From assembly GCA_958009085.1 (NCBI GenBank), contig OY253673.1, positions 1,178,001-1,242,000 of the forward strand: 64,000 nt of DNA, given 5' to 3'. The notes under the pieces are model-generated. The model saw nothing but the letters and a program-made list of their open reading frames with translations, made no database searches and was not told where the DNA came from. The DNA comes from Protoeuglena noctilucae (Eukaryota). Each line of letters opens with the position of its first letter. Position 1 is the first letter of the stretch. The translations under genes were made by a program, and so were the position numbers. Shown here piece by piece: positions 1-11,728 of the stretch.

Positions 1-1989
1 AAGAGTGACGCCCACGTTCCCTGTCAGCTCGGCGTCCCTCGCACCGCCGTCGCGCCTCCACTTCTGCATGTCGTCCATGCTCCTTATCAGCACCCGTCAC
101 ACGTCGTGTCCGTCTTGCCACCGCGTGTTCGGCCCCATTGCCGGGCACCTGACACGCCCGATCGTCGTCCCATGCACGGCCTGGACTCTTGCGCCCGCAG
201 GACCCCACGACAGACGTCATGGGCGACTCCGCCAGCGATGTGCCGGACATGCTGCCGTCCAACAACCCCACGGCGCCCTTCTACTACCAAGCGGCACCCG
301 CGGGCGCCGTACCCACGCCCCGCGCGAGCCGACTCAAGTCGGCCCCCGTGGGCTGGGCCGTGGCCAGCGACGCAGGGAGCTTGCCCCGGGCTGACAAGCC
401 CGGGTTTTGCCCTGCGGAGCCAACCACGCCGGGGAGGGTGTCGGCCAAGCGACGGTCCGCCGAGATGTCGGCCCATTGTGAGCAGAGCGGGCCGCCGTTG
501 CTGGCGCATCGTGGCATGTGCCGTCCTCTGTCGCAGCGCGGTGGCTCCGTGCGAGCCTCTCAGCTCCCACAAGTGCGGTGTGCCAACCCAAAGGCTGAGA
601 TAGTGATCATGATCGCGCTGACCGTCCCAGCCCTCTCAGCTGCTGAGACTTGACTCCGACGGCCTCTCACCCCGCCCTTTGCGCCGCAGTGCGACTGGGC
701 TCCGTGCCTCCGCGGCCGCTCAGTGCCCTGGGCGGACCCTCCTCGGAGCGCCAGCCGTCGATGCTGGCACGCGCCTCGCTCCCGAGCCTGAAGGGGGAAG
801 ACGCGGACCATGTCGGCGCCGGCGCGGACCCCTCCGGTCTCTTCACCGCATACGGTGCCTACGAGCGCGGTGGGCTCGGCCAGTGGCACCCCCGCGGGCA
901 AGGGGCGTCTGCGTCGGTCCCGGCCTTCATGGGCTACATGGCCGGCGAGACGGTCAGCGGGGGCGCCGTGAGCGGGGCTCCCGAGAGCAGCGGGGGCGCG
1001 CTACCGTCGCATTCGGGGGGCGACGGCTCCCACGGCGGCGGAGGTGGCGGGGACCCGGGCCGGGGCGGTGGGGTCGCGGGCGCGGTCGATGGCTTCCATT
1101 GGCATGGCGGCCGCGCGGGGGACGCGCACCATGGGTCGCACCAGGGCCATGCCGTGGCGTTCAGGGGCCCAGCGGCTGGTTACGTCGACCATGCGGGAGT
1201 GGGAGCAGCCACGGGCCCCGCTGGGCACACGGGGACTGACGCGGGCGTCCGTGCGGATGTTGGAGCATTCCAGTACGCGCAGTGGGCGGGCCTGGCCGGG
1301 GCAGAGGGCCAGATGGCGCAGGGCCTGTACGGAGCGGGGTTGTCTGGCGCGATGGACAGCATGGCGGGGGAGTCCGCGGACGACAGTCCCCTGCAAGGAG
1401 CGTTCCAGAGCGCCCTCCGCAAGCAGATGGTGAGGCACTGCCCGGCCTGGGGTGCTGCGCCGTTGGTGGGGCTCGCACACGCCCCTCTGTAGATGCCAGC
1501 ATGTGCCGTAGAGCTGCTAGGGCGAGCAACCAGCTGTCCTCATCGCACTCCGCGTTGGGTTTGGACCTCCTGCGCCTCTCCCTGCCAGCCGCTCTTTTGC
1601 AGTAAGCGGCCATCCCGTGCCGCCCCGCCGCACCCGTCCTGCCGCCCCGCCTCCCGCAGGAGCTGCAGGCGAAGCTGTCGGAGCACCTGCGGGCTCAGAA
1701 GGAGCTGGGCTCCCTCATGGAAGACAACAACAAGTTCATCTTGCAGCTCGTGTCCCAGATGGGCGATGCGAACGCCAACGACGAGGCCCAGGCCACCGCG
1801 TCTGAGGTCTTCGGAGGTCTCTTCGGTGACTCGCCCCGGGCAGGCGACCCCCTCGCGGACCTGGGAATCCGGATCCCGTCTGACATGGCGGACGGGCCCT
1901 GGGACCACCCCGAATCGGTCCTGGAGCCCTGGGCCCCCATGCCCCGCCAAGACGAGGGCGGCCCCAGCGACAAGGGGTCCCGCAAATGA
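1..1989 (+). CDS. 3' part of a MYB-CC (PHR1/PSR1-like) transcription factor; 5' end lies outside the window
   Basis: Removing intron 1430-1659 (GTGAG...GCAG) joins SALRKQM to ELQAKLSEHLRAQKELGSLMEDNNKFILQLV. This matches the MYB-CC coiled coil (ALRxQMEVQKxLHEQLExQRxLQ..IEEQGKYL). A Gly/Ala-rich region precedes it; TGA at 1987-1989. Confidence 0.6.
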
Positions 1990-2845
1990 CGCGTGCCCAG
2001 CGACGAAGGTTTCTGCGAATGACCACCACCACCCCGTGCCAACCCTTCTTGTCCCATCCGAGCCGGCCCTTGCGTCACGTCGCTGCTCGACTGCACCATC
2101 CACCAGACCGGCTGCCTGCGCGATGCCTTTCCCCATCCGATTACGCTCCCAACACAACACGACGTGTGCCCGCCCGTGGGCCCCCTGCCTTGCCCGCGGC
2201 GGCGTGATTCGTGACTCGCATTTCTGCTCTCTGAGGCTCAGCCTGAGCTCCCAGTTTTTCTTGCTTTCCAACCGGACCCTGCGCTCGGCTCCCGGCTCTT
2301 TCCAGACGTTGCGAACTGCCCCACGTCTTGGCGGTGGGCTGTGCCCCAAACATCATCCTTTTGTCGATTTATAGGGTGGCGCACCTGCCCTGCGCTCGCG
2401 AGCGCCTGCGAACCGTGACTGGATACGTTTGCCTTGAACGAATCATAAAGAACTCGCCCTATATCAGCTGCACGCGTGCCACGGTCGCACGTTCAAGAAA
2501 AAGGTTCACGCGTAGGCAAGGGAAAGCACAGCGCAACGACAGACAGCAAGAACGGGGAGGGTACAGGGAGGCAACAGCTGCATCGTGTCAACACAGAGAG
2601 AAAGGATAGGCGCCATCTCGCTACTCTGAACCCAGCCATCACGTGTCGGCGTGCGGGGGCAGCCATGGCGCCCCAAGGGCCTTCCAGGCTGCGCCCCGGC
2701 AGGTCGTCAAACGTGATGCGGGCGTGTTGCTAGTTTCATGGGTGGTGAGAGGTGCAGGTGGGAATGCCGCGCCCCTTGCGTGGTAGGTGTGCAAGAGGGC
2801 AGCAGTCACGCGAACATCGTCAATAGATATCATCACTCTCCAAAC

Positions 2846-5800
2846 TCAACGCCCCTCCAGGAACGCCTCCATTTCCACCTTGATGCGGGCCGCCTCCTTC
2901 GAAGCCCGCCGCCCCCGCATGTCCAGCCTCATCAGCGTCTCCAGGACGTCCCTGGGTGCAAGAAACGCATCCGCAAACCGGTGAGCAAATGGTGAGACCC
3001 GGCCAGCCCCGGGCCGCAAGAAGGCACTCGCGCGATCGTCGCCTGCCCTCTGACAGCTGCTCACCCGATCGTGGGCCTCGCGTCGAGCGGTCTGAAGCAC
3101 GCGACCACGAGCTCGCGCATGTCCTCGGGCACGCTCGCGTCCGCCTGGACCTCCAAGCGCAGTCTTCCCTGCCCGACCCCATGCGCCACTTGCACCATGG
3201 ACAGTCCCTGGAACGGTCGCCGGCCCGTGATCATCTGCCAGATGATCACTCCAAGGGAATAGACGTCCGTTCCCGGTGTCAGCGTGCCGTCGCGGAGTAG
3301 CTCTGGGGGCATGTGCGTGGCCGTGCCAAACACGGTCGTCTTGATGCTCTCGCCGCTCCCCACCACGCGCGACAGGCCGAAGTCCCCGACCTTGGCCGCA
3401 AAGCCCTTCCGGCACCGATCCCGGCTCAGCTGCGGGCAAGAGGGGCGAAGGCTTGTTGGCAAGTCGCAAGCACACCTGTCTGAGAGTAAGCACAAGCACC
3501 AGGATCTGCCCACCCAGCACGCAGCTAGCGCTTATCACTCACCAGCAGGACGTTGTTGGCCGAGAGGTCTCCGTGCGTGATGTTGCGCGAGTGCAGGTGC
3601 TTGAGAGCCCCTGCGATCTCCCGCGCCGTGGCTACAACTAGCGCCATGTCGGGCGCATCGGCGCTGTCCTTCGCACGGAAGCGCCCCTTGTCAACCGCAG
3701 CCTGCAGGGTGCCCTGGTCGCAATACTCCTGCACCATGATCGTCTCGCACATGTGGGCCGGCTCGCCCTCGGCCGCCGGCACGCGCCTCGTGGAGTACTT
3801 GAACGTTTGCACGAGGTTGGGGTGCGACATGTTGACCGAGAGCAACGCCTCGAAGCGGGCGTCCGTCCCGCACCCGAACGTGCTCCCCGTGTCCCCCGGG
3901 TGCCTCATGACCTGCGACGGTCCACGCAAACTGAGGTTAAACGTTATATATGCCCGTCTGCCCACCCACTGCTGACGACGGGCGCGCAACCGCTCTGCCA
4001 TCCTGCTCCTCGCCTTGACCGCCACAGGCGCACCGTCCCACAGCCCACGGTAAACCTTCCCGTACGCCCCCTCGCCAATAAGCTTGCCCACACGAACATC
4101 CACGAATGCCGACCCTGCGCAGACGACCGCCCTGAGTCACTATCGCCCCCAGCACGACCCAGCCCTGCACCCTCCCCTGCCGAGCCCCTTCGTCGCCTCA
4201 CCTTCCGCGCCCTCCGACTGCCGCCCCTGCAGGTCCAGGCCCGGCGTGCTCGACTCCGGCACCGAGCGGCCCCGCTCCATCGACCCGCCCCGCTCTCGCC
4301 CTTGCTCTCGACGCACCGTGACGAAGAACAGGTGCGTGTTGCGAGGGCACGCCACGACGCTGGACGTCCGCGACGTCGTCGTAAAGGAGCCGTCCACGGA
4401 GCCCTGGCGAGGCACCTGGGTGGGACAGAGGCAGCAGGACGCGCGTGAGCCGTCAAATGGCGCCGGACCCTCCGCAGCAGCGCACGTGACGGCCTGCGCC
4501 AAGCCGCGCGACCCCGGCATGCTCGCAACCCCGGCAAACTCGCAAGGGACGTCACGGGCTCGCAAGGGAGGCCCCGGTCCTCACCGCCTTCACCGGGGGC
4601 GCGTTGACAGCGGCGTTGACGTTTAACGTCTCCTCCGCTGGCTTGAAGCGGCACGCGACGCGCTCCTCGGCCCCGCTGGTGCCGCATACGGTGCCCGGCG
4701 AGGCGAAGACGGCGCCGTTGCGCACGGCCTCCTGGAAAAACTCCAGGGACCTCTGGGAGCCGTCAGGGTTGGTCAGTCGCAGGGACTCGACCAGGGGGCT
4801 GCCCTCGGCCGGGACCGTGTGGAAGAGGTCCGCGCACTCGGTGTTTGAGTACAGCACGGGCCAGCCGGGGCGCGAGGTGTCGACCAGGAGCTGCGGGCGA
4901 GGGCGGAGCGTGTACCGTCTTTGGTGGACAAAAAGAGGGTGTGACGCCGGGGTGGCGGCGGGCGCGATGCCATCGCCGCCTCACCATGGCCTCCGATAGG
5001 GCGTCGAGGGCCCGGCAGAGGCGGGAGGTGAAGGACTCGGCCTGGCGGGCGCGCTCGGACTCCACGGCCAAGGCACAGATGCGGTCACGCTCCATCTCGG
5101 CCCGGACGATCTCCGTGAAGTTGGCCAGGAGGCGGCAGTCTTCCCGGGTGAAGGTGCGGGGCTGCGTGTCCACGATGCAGAGGGTGCCGAGGTTGAGGCC
5201 GTCGGTAGTCACGATGGGGGCTCCCGCGTAGAAGCGCAAGGGCCCGTCGACGGCCAGCGGGAAGTGGCGGAACTGAGGGTCCTTGTGCATGTCCTCCACC
5301 ACGAGGACGTCCGGCTTGGGCTGCGCGATTGTCCAGGGGCAGATGGCCTGGCACCGGGCGCGGTACGCCTCGTCGTAGTTGACCTGCAGTGGATGAGCTA
5401 CAATGATGCTGTGGCCACGCGCCACACAAGCGTCCAGCGCCCGCGCACGCTGCTCCCTGTACACACCCTGCTCTTCATGTACACGGTCTCCTCATCGATG
5501 CACGTGATGACGGCGGTGGGGACGTTGAACGTGGAAGACACGATGCGCGTGATGCGGTCGAACCGCTCCTCGGGCACGTCGGACTTCACCGCCATCTCGT
5601 GGATCTGCAGCAAGCGGCAGGTTGCTCAGGGCAATGCAGCATGTCTGCGTCGCGTCCGGGTTGAGCACGAACATGCGCCGACGTCCGCACGAAAGCATTC
5701 GTTCACTTGTCAACGTTTGCACTCACCCGCTTCACGCGCTCCGCCTCGTTAGCCGGCTTCGGGGCCCCCACCCAACAGTTGGTCAGGGGCCCGCCCAGGA

Positions 5801-6288
5801 CGTCCGTGCGCTCCGACGACATCACCTCCACGCTCCGACGTTCCTGCTTGCTGTCATCCGCATGGAGACTGCTGGAGATCGACAACGCGGGCTTCGCGTC
5901 GCCGGGGAGGGAGACGCACGTCGACCCGCAAGGCTCCAGCGGCGACTTCGCGGCCACGCCGTCCGCGGCCCCTTTGCTGTTCGCGTGCGACTCAGTGACT
6001 CGGAAAGACTCGCTGGACACCTTGCGTCGGTGTCCCGCGCCATTTTTGCTGCGCGAGAGCGAGTCAACCCAGTTTGGCCAGGAAACGGCCCCGCGGCGGA
6101 CTGCGTGGCAATGCCGCCGCCCCGACACGTCGACAATCGACCTCAGCCGAAGACCGGACGCTGGCGAGGCCCGACGCGCCGCTCAGCGACGCCCCATGGG
6201 GTGGCGACAAGACATGGCGTGGGGTGCGCGCGGGCCGACGTCCTTGCGAGACGCGGGGAGCGCAGACGCACCTATGTATACACCCCAT
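2846..6288 (-). CDS. GAF + PAS-like + Raf-like/TKL Ser/Thr kinase with predicted N-terminal acylation motif
   Basis: GAF motifs: PKPANEAER, EERFDRITR, RFYAGAPIVTTDGLNLGTLCIVDTQPR. PAS-like segment: ALDALSEAM..VDTSRPGWPVLYSN. Kinase motifs: GEGAYGKVY, VAVK, HGDLSANNVLL, DFGLSR, HMPPE, DVYSLG. The 17-nt first exon 6288-6272 spliced to 6048 gives MGCIHSK. Confidence 0.85.
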
Positions 6289-6496
6289 CACTGCCACCCA
6301 CGCCTAAACCACCTCCTGGGCCAAGGCCGCGGCTTCTAGGGGTCTTCAACCAGGGAAAGCGCGCGCTGGCAGCATCGACGGCATTCTCTTTGAGCAGGAA
6401 TTTGCAGGTGAAGTGGTACTTTTCTCTGCGGGACCCCAGAGGCCCCGCGTCCGCTTCTGCTTCCACCGCAGCAAGAGCTCTGACGGGCCAGGTCTT

Positions 6497-7440
6497 CTAC
6501 CCAGTTCCTCGCGCCCCCCGCTGCTCCATCCTCACGACTCTGTGTTCCCTCATGAATCTGGGCTTGGCGAAGGGCACCTGCGACCAACGAAGGCTGGAGC
6601 TTGCATGCTGCTGGCCATAGACGGCCCATCCGTCGCCGCTCGCTGCAGGACAGAATGCGCGTGTGGAGAGCGGCGCGTGACGACGGCGCGCACCTCGGCG
6701 ACGGACCCCCCGGCGGCCTCGACCGTGGCGACGACGTGGCTGTCGGCCTTGGCGACCCGCAGCCGCAGCGCGACGTCCAGCGGCGTGAAGAGCGGCCCGT
6801 CCTGGATGAGGTAGATGCCGGACTTGGCGATCGTATGCCCCGCTGCGCGCGACGTGAGCAGCTCGTGGTGGTCCAGGTCCTTGCTGGGGTCTAGCCGCCC
6901 CATCTTGACGAAGTTGACGACCCTGCGAGAGTGGCCTTGAAGAGTCAGCCAAAAGTGCAAGAGGAGCGCGCCGACATACGCGAACGCCGCGCGGAACGCC
7001 GCCCGGCACGCACCGCTGCAGCGGGAGCAGCGTGTACTCCTTCCGAAACCTCTTTGGGACCGCGATGCCCCGCTTTGGAAGCTTCCTGGGAGCGCGGCAC
7101 ATGGAGGCATCGCTGCAGCGGCGGCCGGGTGGGCGTCCATGCCAACATCCGCAGCGTCTGCGGCACCCGACGCCCACCTCGCTAGAGGTTTGGCCCCCCC
7201 CTCGAACAGCGGGTAGGGCAGGTAGCTCCCTGCCCGCGCCTTGTGCCCCTTGTGCCCCATCCCCGACGTCTTCCCGTACTTGGAGCCCGGCCCCCGCCCC
7301 ACGCGCTTGGGGCTCGATCGAGACCCCGGCGCCGGCGCCAAGCTGCCCAGCGCGGCGGGGATGTGCCGCCCTGAGCTCATCCCGCGGCTTCCCTGCAGCA
7401 GATGGCGCACGCACGCGTGGATCCGACCGCCAAGCGGCAC
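6497..7440 (-). CDS. MRPL15: Mitochondrial ribosomal protein uL15m (start uncertain)
   Basis: [36 protein letters not shown] and [10 protein letters not shown] are L15 signatures. The last exon [11 protein letters not shown] ends at TAG 6497. Confidence 0.8.
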
Positions 7441-8347
7441 CAGCGAAGCTGTCCCGTCAAGCCCCGTCCACCAGGTCTCACCCTTATCTCAAAAGCAGCG
7501 CCACGCCCACAGTGCGCCCCCAGGGCCGACAGATAGCTCCAGGGAGCATAGGCGGGGCCGCAGTGGGCCGTGAGGTGTCCCCCTTGGAGCAGACTGCCTG
7601 CCGCCGGGCACAACAGGCCCCCTCCCGCAGTCGCCCTCCCCGCCTGCTGCCCCAGGACCTGCAGGGCCCGAAGCCAGCCCATCGCGACCCCACGCGACCC
7701 CTCGCGTGGGTCAGAGGCCCCTCTCAGACCCCGAGGATTCCACCAGGTCCCCCGGCGCGACGATGCAATGTCGCAACGGCAGCAATTGCGGCGGTTCTAC
7801 GCTTGCCGCGGGAGGCTGGCGGACGGGGGAGGTCGGGTTGGCCCTGGTTTCTGGCGCCGCGAGCGACCGTTGGGCCCCGCTGCCGCGCGCCGCCCTGCAG
7901 TCCCCGTGTTCCGGTCCGTCGCGCTCGCCGAGAGAATGCAGGCCTCGTCCGTTTCCCTGCCGCGCCTGCCCGCACGGGCCGCGGCGACCCAGCGGGCCTC
8001 CGCTGCCGCGGTGTGCCGGGCTCCCGCGGGGGTGCGGAGGGGGGAGGCGCGCGATGCCGTCCTCCGTCGCCAGGACACTTCATCGCCGATCTCGCGCAGG
8101 CAAGGGCCGCCTCGCTCGTTCCCCGACCCCTCGCTCGGGTCCCTTCCCCATGGGCCACATCCGCGCTTGATCCCGGGCACCACTCATCGATACTGCGCGT
8201 AATTCGCTCGGCCGCGACCGGCGTTTCCGGAATCTCGGTCACCGCGGCACGCCGGCGTCTTGGCGCGAGTTATCGGCGGCCGGGCGCCGGGGCGGTGCTC
8301 GGCGCGCGTCCGCACGGTGACATTTCAACGATGAGAACACAGATTCC

Positions 8348-9744
8348 ATGGCGCATCGACGAACGGCCCGCGCGCCGTGCCCGTGGGGCCGTTTCTCAGG
8401 GGGAGGGGTCTTGAGGCTGTGGTCGCCCCGCGTCCCTGCCGCACCGCCCCCTCCCCTCCGTCCTCCCGCGCCACCGTCTGCTCTCCGGCCGCCTCTGCGC
8501 GCCGAGGTGCACCCCGCCCACGCGCCGCGGACCTGTGGCCCCCGCAGGATGGTCGCCCATGCCAGCGCCTCTTCGGAGACGGAGCCCGCCCAGCCTTCGA
8601 CGTACGACAAGGTCGTTGAGACGCTGACGACCATGTTCCCCGTCTGGGTCATGCTGGGGGCCGGCATCGGCATCGTGAACCCGGGCGCCGTGACGTGGTT
8701 CTCGAGCGACCTCTTCACCCTCGGCCTGGGCTTCCTCATGCTCTCCATGGGCCTCACGCTCACGTTTGAGGACTTCCGCCAGTGCGCCATGCAGCCGGTG
8801 CCCATCCTCGTGGGCTACCTGGCGCAGTACATCATCAAGCCCTTGGCCGGCTACCTCATCGCCACCGCCATGGGCCTGCCCCCCGCGCTGGCCACCGGCC
8901 TCATCCTCGTGTCCTGCTGCCCCGGCGGCCAGGCCTCGAACGTGGCCACCTACATCGCCCACGGCAACGTGGCCCTCTCGGTCCTCATGACCACCGCCTC
9001 CACCCTCGGTGCCATCATCATGACCCCCCTGCTCACCAAGCTCCTCGCCGGCGCCATCGTCTCCGTCGACGCGTGGGGCCTCGCCGTGTCCACCTTCCAG
9101 GTCGTCCTCGTCCCCACCGTCGCGGGCGTGCTCCTCAACGAGTACGCCAACGGCCTCGTCTCCAAGATCAAGCCCATCCTGCCCCTCATCGGCGTCGTCA
9201 TGACCACCCTCCTCTGCGCCTCCCCCGTTGGCCAGGTCGCCGACGTGCTCAGGTGCGACGCAGGGGCGCGCTGGCACCCCGCCGCGACCGCCGCATGCCC
9301 GATTAGCAGCCCCGTGAGCTCGCGCGCCCCGTCTGGCGGCGCAGGTCCGACGGCCTCCCCCTGACGATCCCCGTGGGCATCCTGCACGTCGTGGCGTTCG
9401 CCCTCGGGTACGTGGTGTGCAAGGTCATCGGCTTCGATGAGAAGACGGCGCGCACCGTGTCGATCGAGACGGGCATGCAGTCCGCGGCCCTGGGGTTCCT
9501 GCTCGCGCAGGTGCGGCGCTCGCTCACCTCGAGTCGTGCCGCCGCCTCATGCTGTCGGCTGGTGCCCACCCCTGGCGGCCGTCAGGTCACGCTGCCCCCG
9601 CACCCACGGATGGTCTCGTGTCCCTCGCAGAAGCACTTTACGGACCCCCTCGTGGCTGTCCCCTCGGCCGTGTCGGTGGTGTTCATGGCGCTGGGCGGGT
9701 CGGCGCTCGCCGTTTACTGGCGCGGCCAGCCCATCCAGGAGTGA
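8348..9744 (+). CDS. BASS2: Plastid bile acid:sodium symporter family pyruvate transporter
   Basis: [46 protein letters not shown] and [17 protein letters not shown] are present, with introns at about 9253-9343 and 9511-9630. An alternative transit-peptide-like first exon begins at ATG 7936. Confidence 0.9.
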
Positions 9745-10136
9745 GCGGCGGATTATGCTTTGCCGAGCGAGCGCCGGGCCTCTCCACGCCGCGGCGCACT
9801 CCGCTCGCGTGACTGTCTGCCATCCCGATGCCCCGGCAAGGATTGCCCATCGTGTATCCCTCTCGCCCCTGCGCCTGTCCAGCCGCTGAGGCGGACAGCG
9901 CGTCGCGTACCCCGTGCGCTTGTAGGCCGCCGGGGGCGCCACCTTCGCATCTACCGCCCCCTCTCTCTTAGGGCAGCTCCTTTCTTGCAATATGTATTCA
10001 GTTCGGTCAGTTCAGGGGCGCATGAAGCGTGACAAGGAAGCCATGGCATCCATCCTAGAGCAGCAAACTCTTGCCAGAGGATAGGGCGTCAGCGTGAGTT
10101 GGCCAGCTTGGCAAACATAGTCACTTGACATTCATG

Positions 10137-11317
10137 TCACTTGCATCGGGCCAGGAGCTTGAGGGTAGCGTCCGACACGTCCTCCATGGCCTCCACGACC
10201 CCACGCAGCTCCAGCAGGGATCTGCGGGCGGCCACAGACACGCTTACAACGAAGGCGCAGCGCTTGCACGTCGCACACGCACCACACGCGCCGCCAGGTG
10301 CGGTGCCACTGGCCTGGGCCCGAACGTGCACTGGCCTCCGTCCCGTGCAAGCCAGAGCTCCTCCTCCAGCGTCTTTAGCAACCTCTCCACGGTCTCCGGT
10401 TTCATTGCGACGCGGTGCACCCCCTTCACCGCCCCGTTCTCGTCCACACGGGGCACCTCCACCGACCTGCGCCGTGAGGGACACCCGTGCAACTAAGCTG
10501 CCAGCACCTCTCAGGGGCAAAAACCCTGCCGTGCTCACGACCCCGTCGCTCACCCCACGTTCAGCAATTCCCTGTCTGGGACCCGCGTGGTCCCCGACCG
10601 AGCGATGAGCTCCACCGCGACTCGGATGAAGGCGCGCTGCTCCGTGTCAAACGTCGACGACAGCTTTGACGGCGGGTCGGCCACCGTGTTGACGATGCCC
10701 AGGTAGTCCTGCATCGGATGGGATGGGATGCTCAGAAGAGGGAGTGCTGCTGCACGCACTGAGGGCGCCTGGAGGGTGCGCCGGGGCCACATGCGGGGCA
10801 CCTTGCCATCCAGAGGGTACTTGAATTTCCGAATCACCATGTCCGCGTGCCTGAGGCCCTCGTTAAGGCTCTCCAGCATGTGGTCGAGTGCCAATGAGTC
10901 CACGGTGCCTATGAGTTTGCGCTGCCACTCCTGTGAAGCGTCGGGCGGGGGACGAGTCACACGGAAGGACAGCGTCTATCTCACTCTGCATCAGCTAGCG
11001 AGGCGAGGAAGCTAAGGGGACCTGGACGCTCCGCACACCTGGGCTTTGATGAGAGAAACCATCCCCACGCGCATGAGCGCGTGCAGAAAAACCATCAGTT
11101 CCTCCCTCTCCACGTGTATCTCCGGAGCTGCAGGAAGAGCGTGAGAGCATGCTTTACGGCCTCCAGACACACCCATCCCATGCTGAGCACGCTGGGGCGC
11201 CTTACCCCGCCTCCTGGAAGGCCCCGCCTGGGTGAACGGCTTCACATCCTCGTCCTCCATCGCCCCCTCATCGTCCTCGTCCTCGGGGTCCCGCGGTGGC
11301 CTCTTTCGTCGCCCCAT
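10137..11317 (-). CDS. NSE1: SMC5/6 subunit NSE1-like protein (winged-helix domains; no RING visible)
   Basis: YLGIVNTVADPPSKLSSTFDTEQRAFIR and LLKTLEEELWL..FGPRSLLEL resemble plant NSE1 (YGVVN..SKLGT; WL..LGIRSLLDL). Multi-exon; TGA at 10137. Confidence 0.7.
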
Positions 11318-11728
11318 GGCTCGCTGAGGTGCAGCGTCCGGCGCGACTTGCGGCTTTGTCAATGCAACGGGCGTGCAAGCACGTACCCGGCAAGACGACA
11401 AGAGACAGTGTGATGAACTTGGAGCGCGAGCGGCACAGGATGTTTGTAAAACTCACAGTCCGACGTTCCACATTTGACAGACATGAGACTACAGCCCCTC
11501 CTGCCCTCTGGACAGCCTGCACAAGAAAAACTCTCATCGGTGGGGACTAGAGCACGTTCCCCCGCGCCGCCTTCGTTTTCCCACACCCTCTAGGTCGTGC
11601 AGAGGTTTTGCACAGCCATCTCCGGCCATCCAGGGGACGTTTCTCCTTGACGCCTCGACCGCGAGTTGCAGAGATTGTACAGGGACCTGACAGGGGCCCA
11701 GCGCCTGGTCCGCCGTGCTGGCGCGGCG

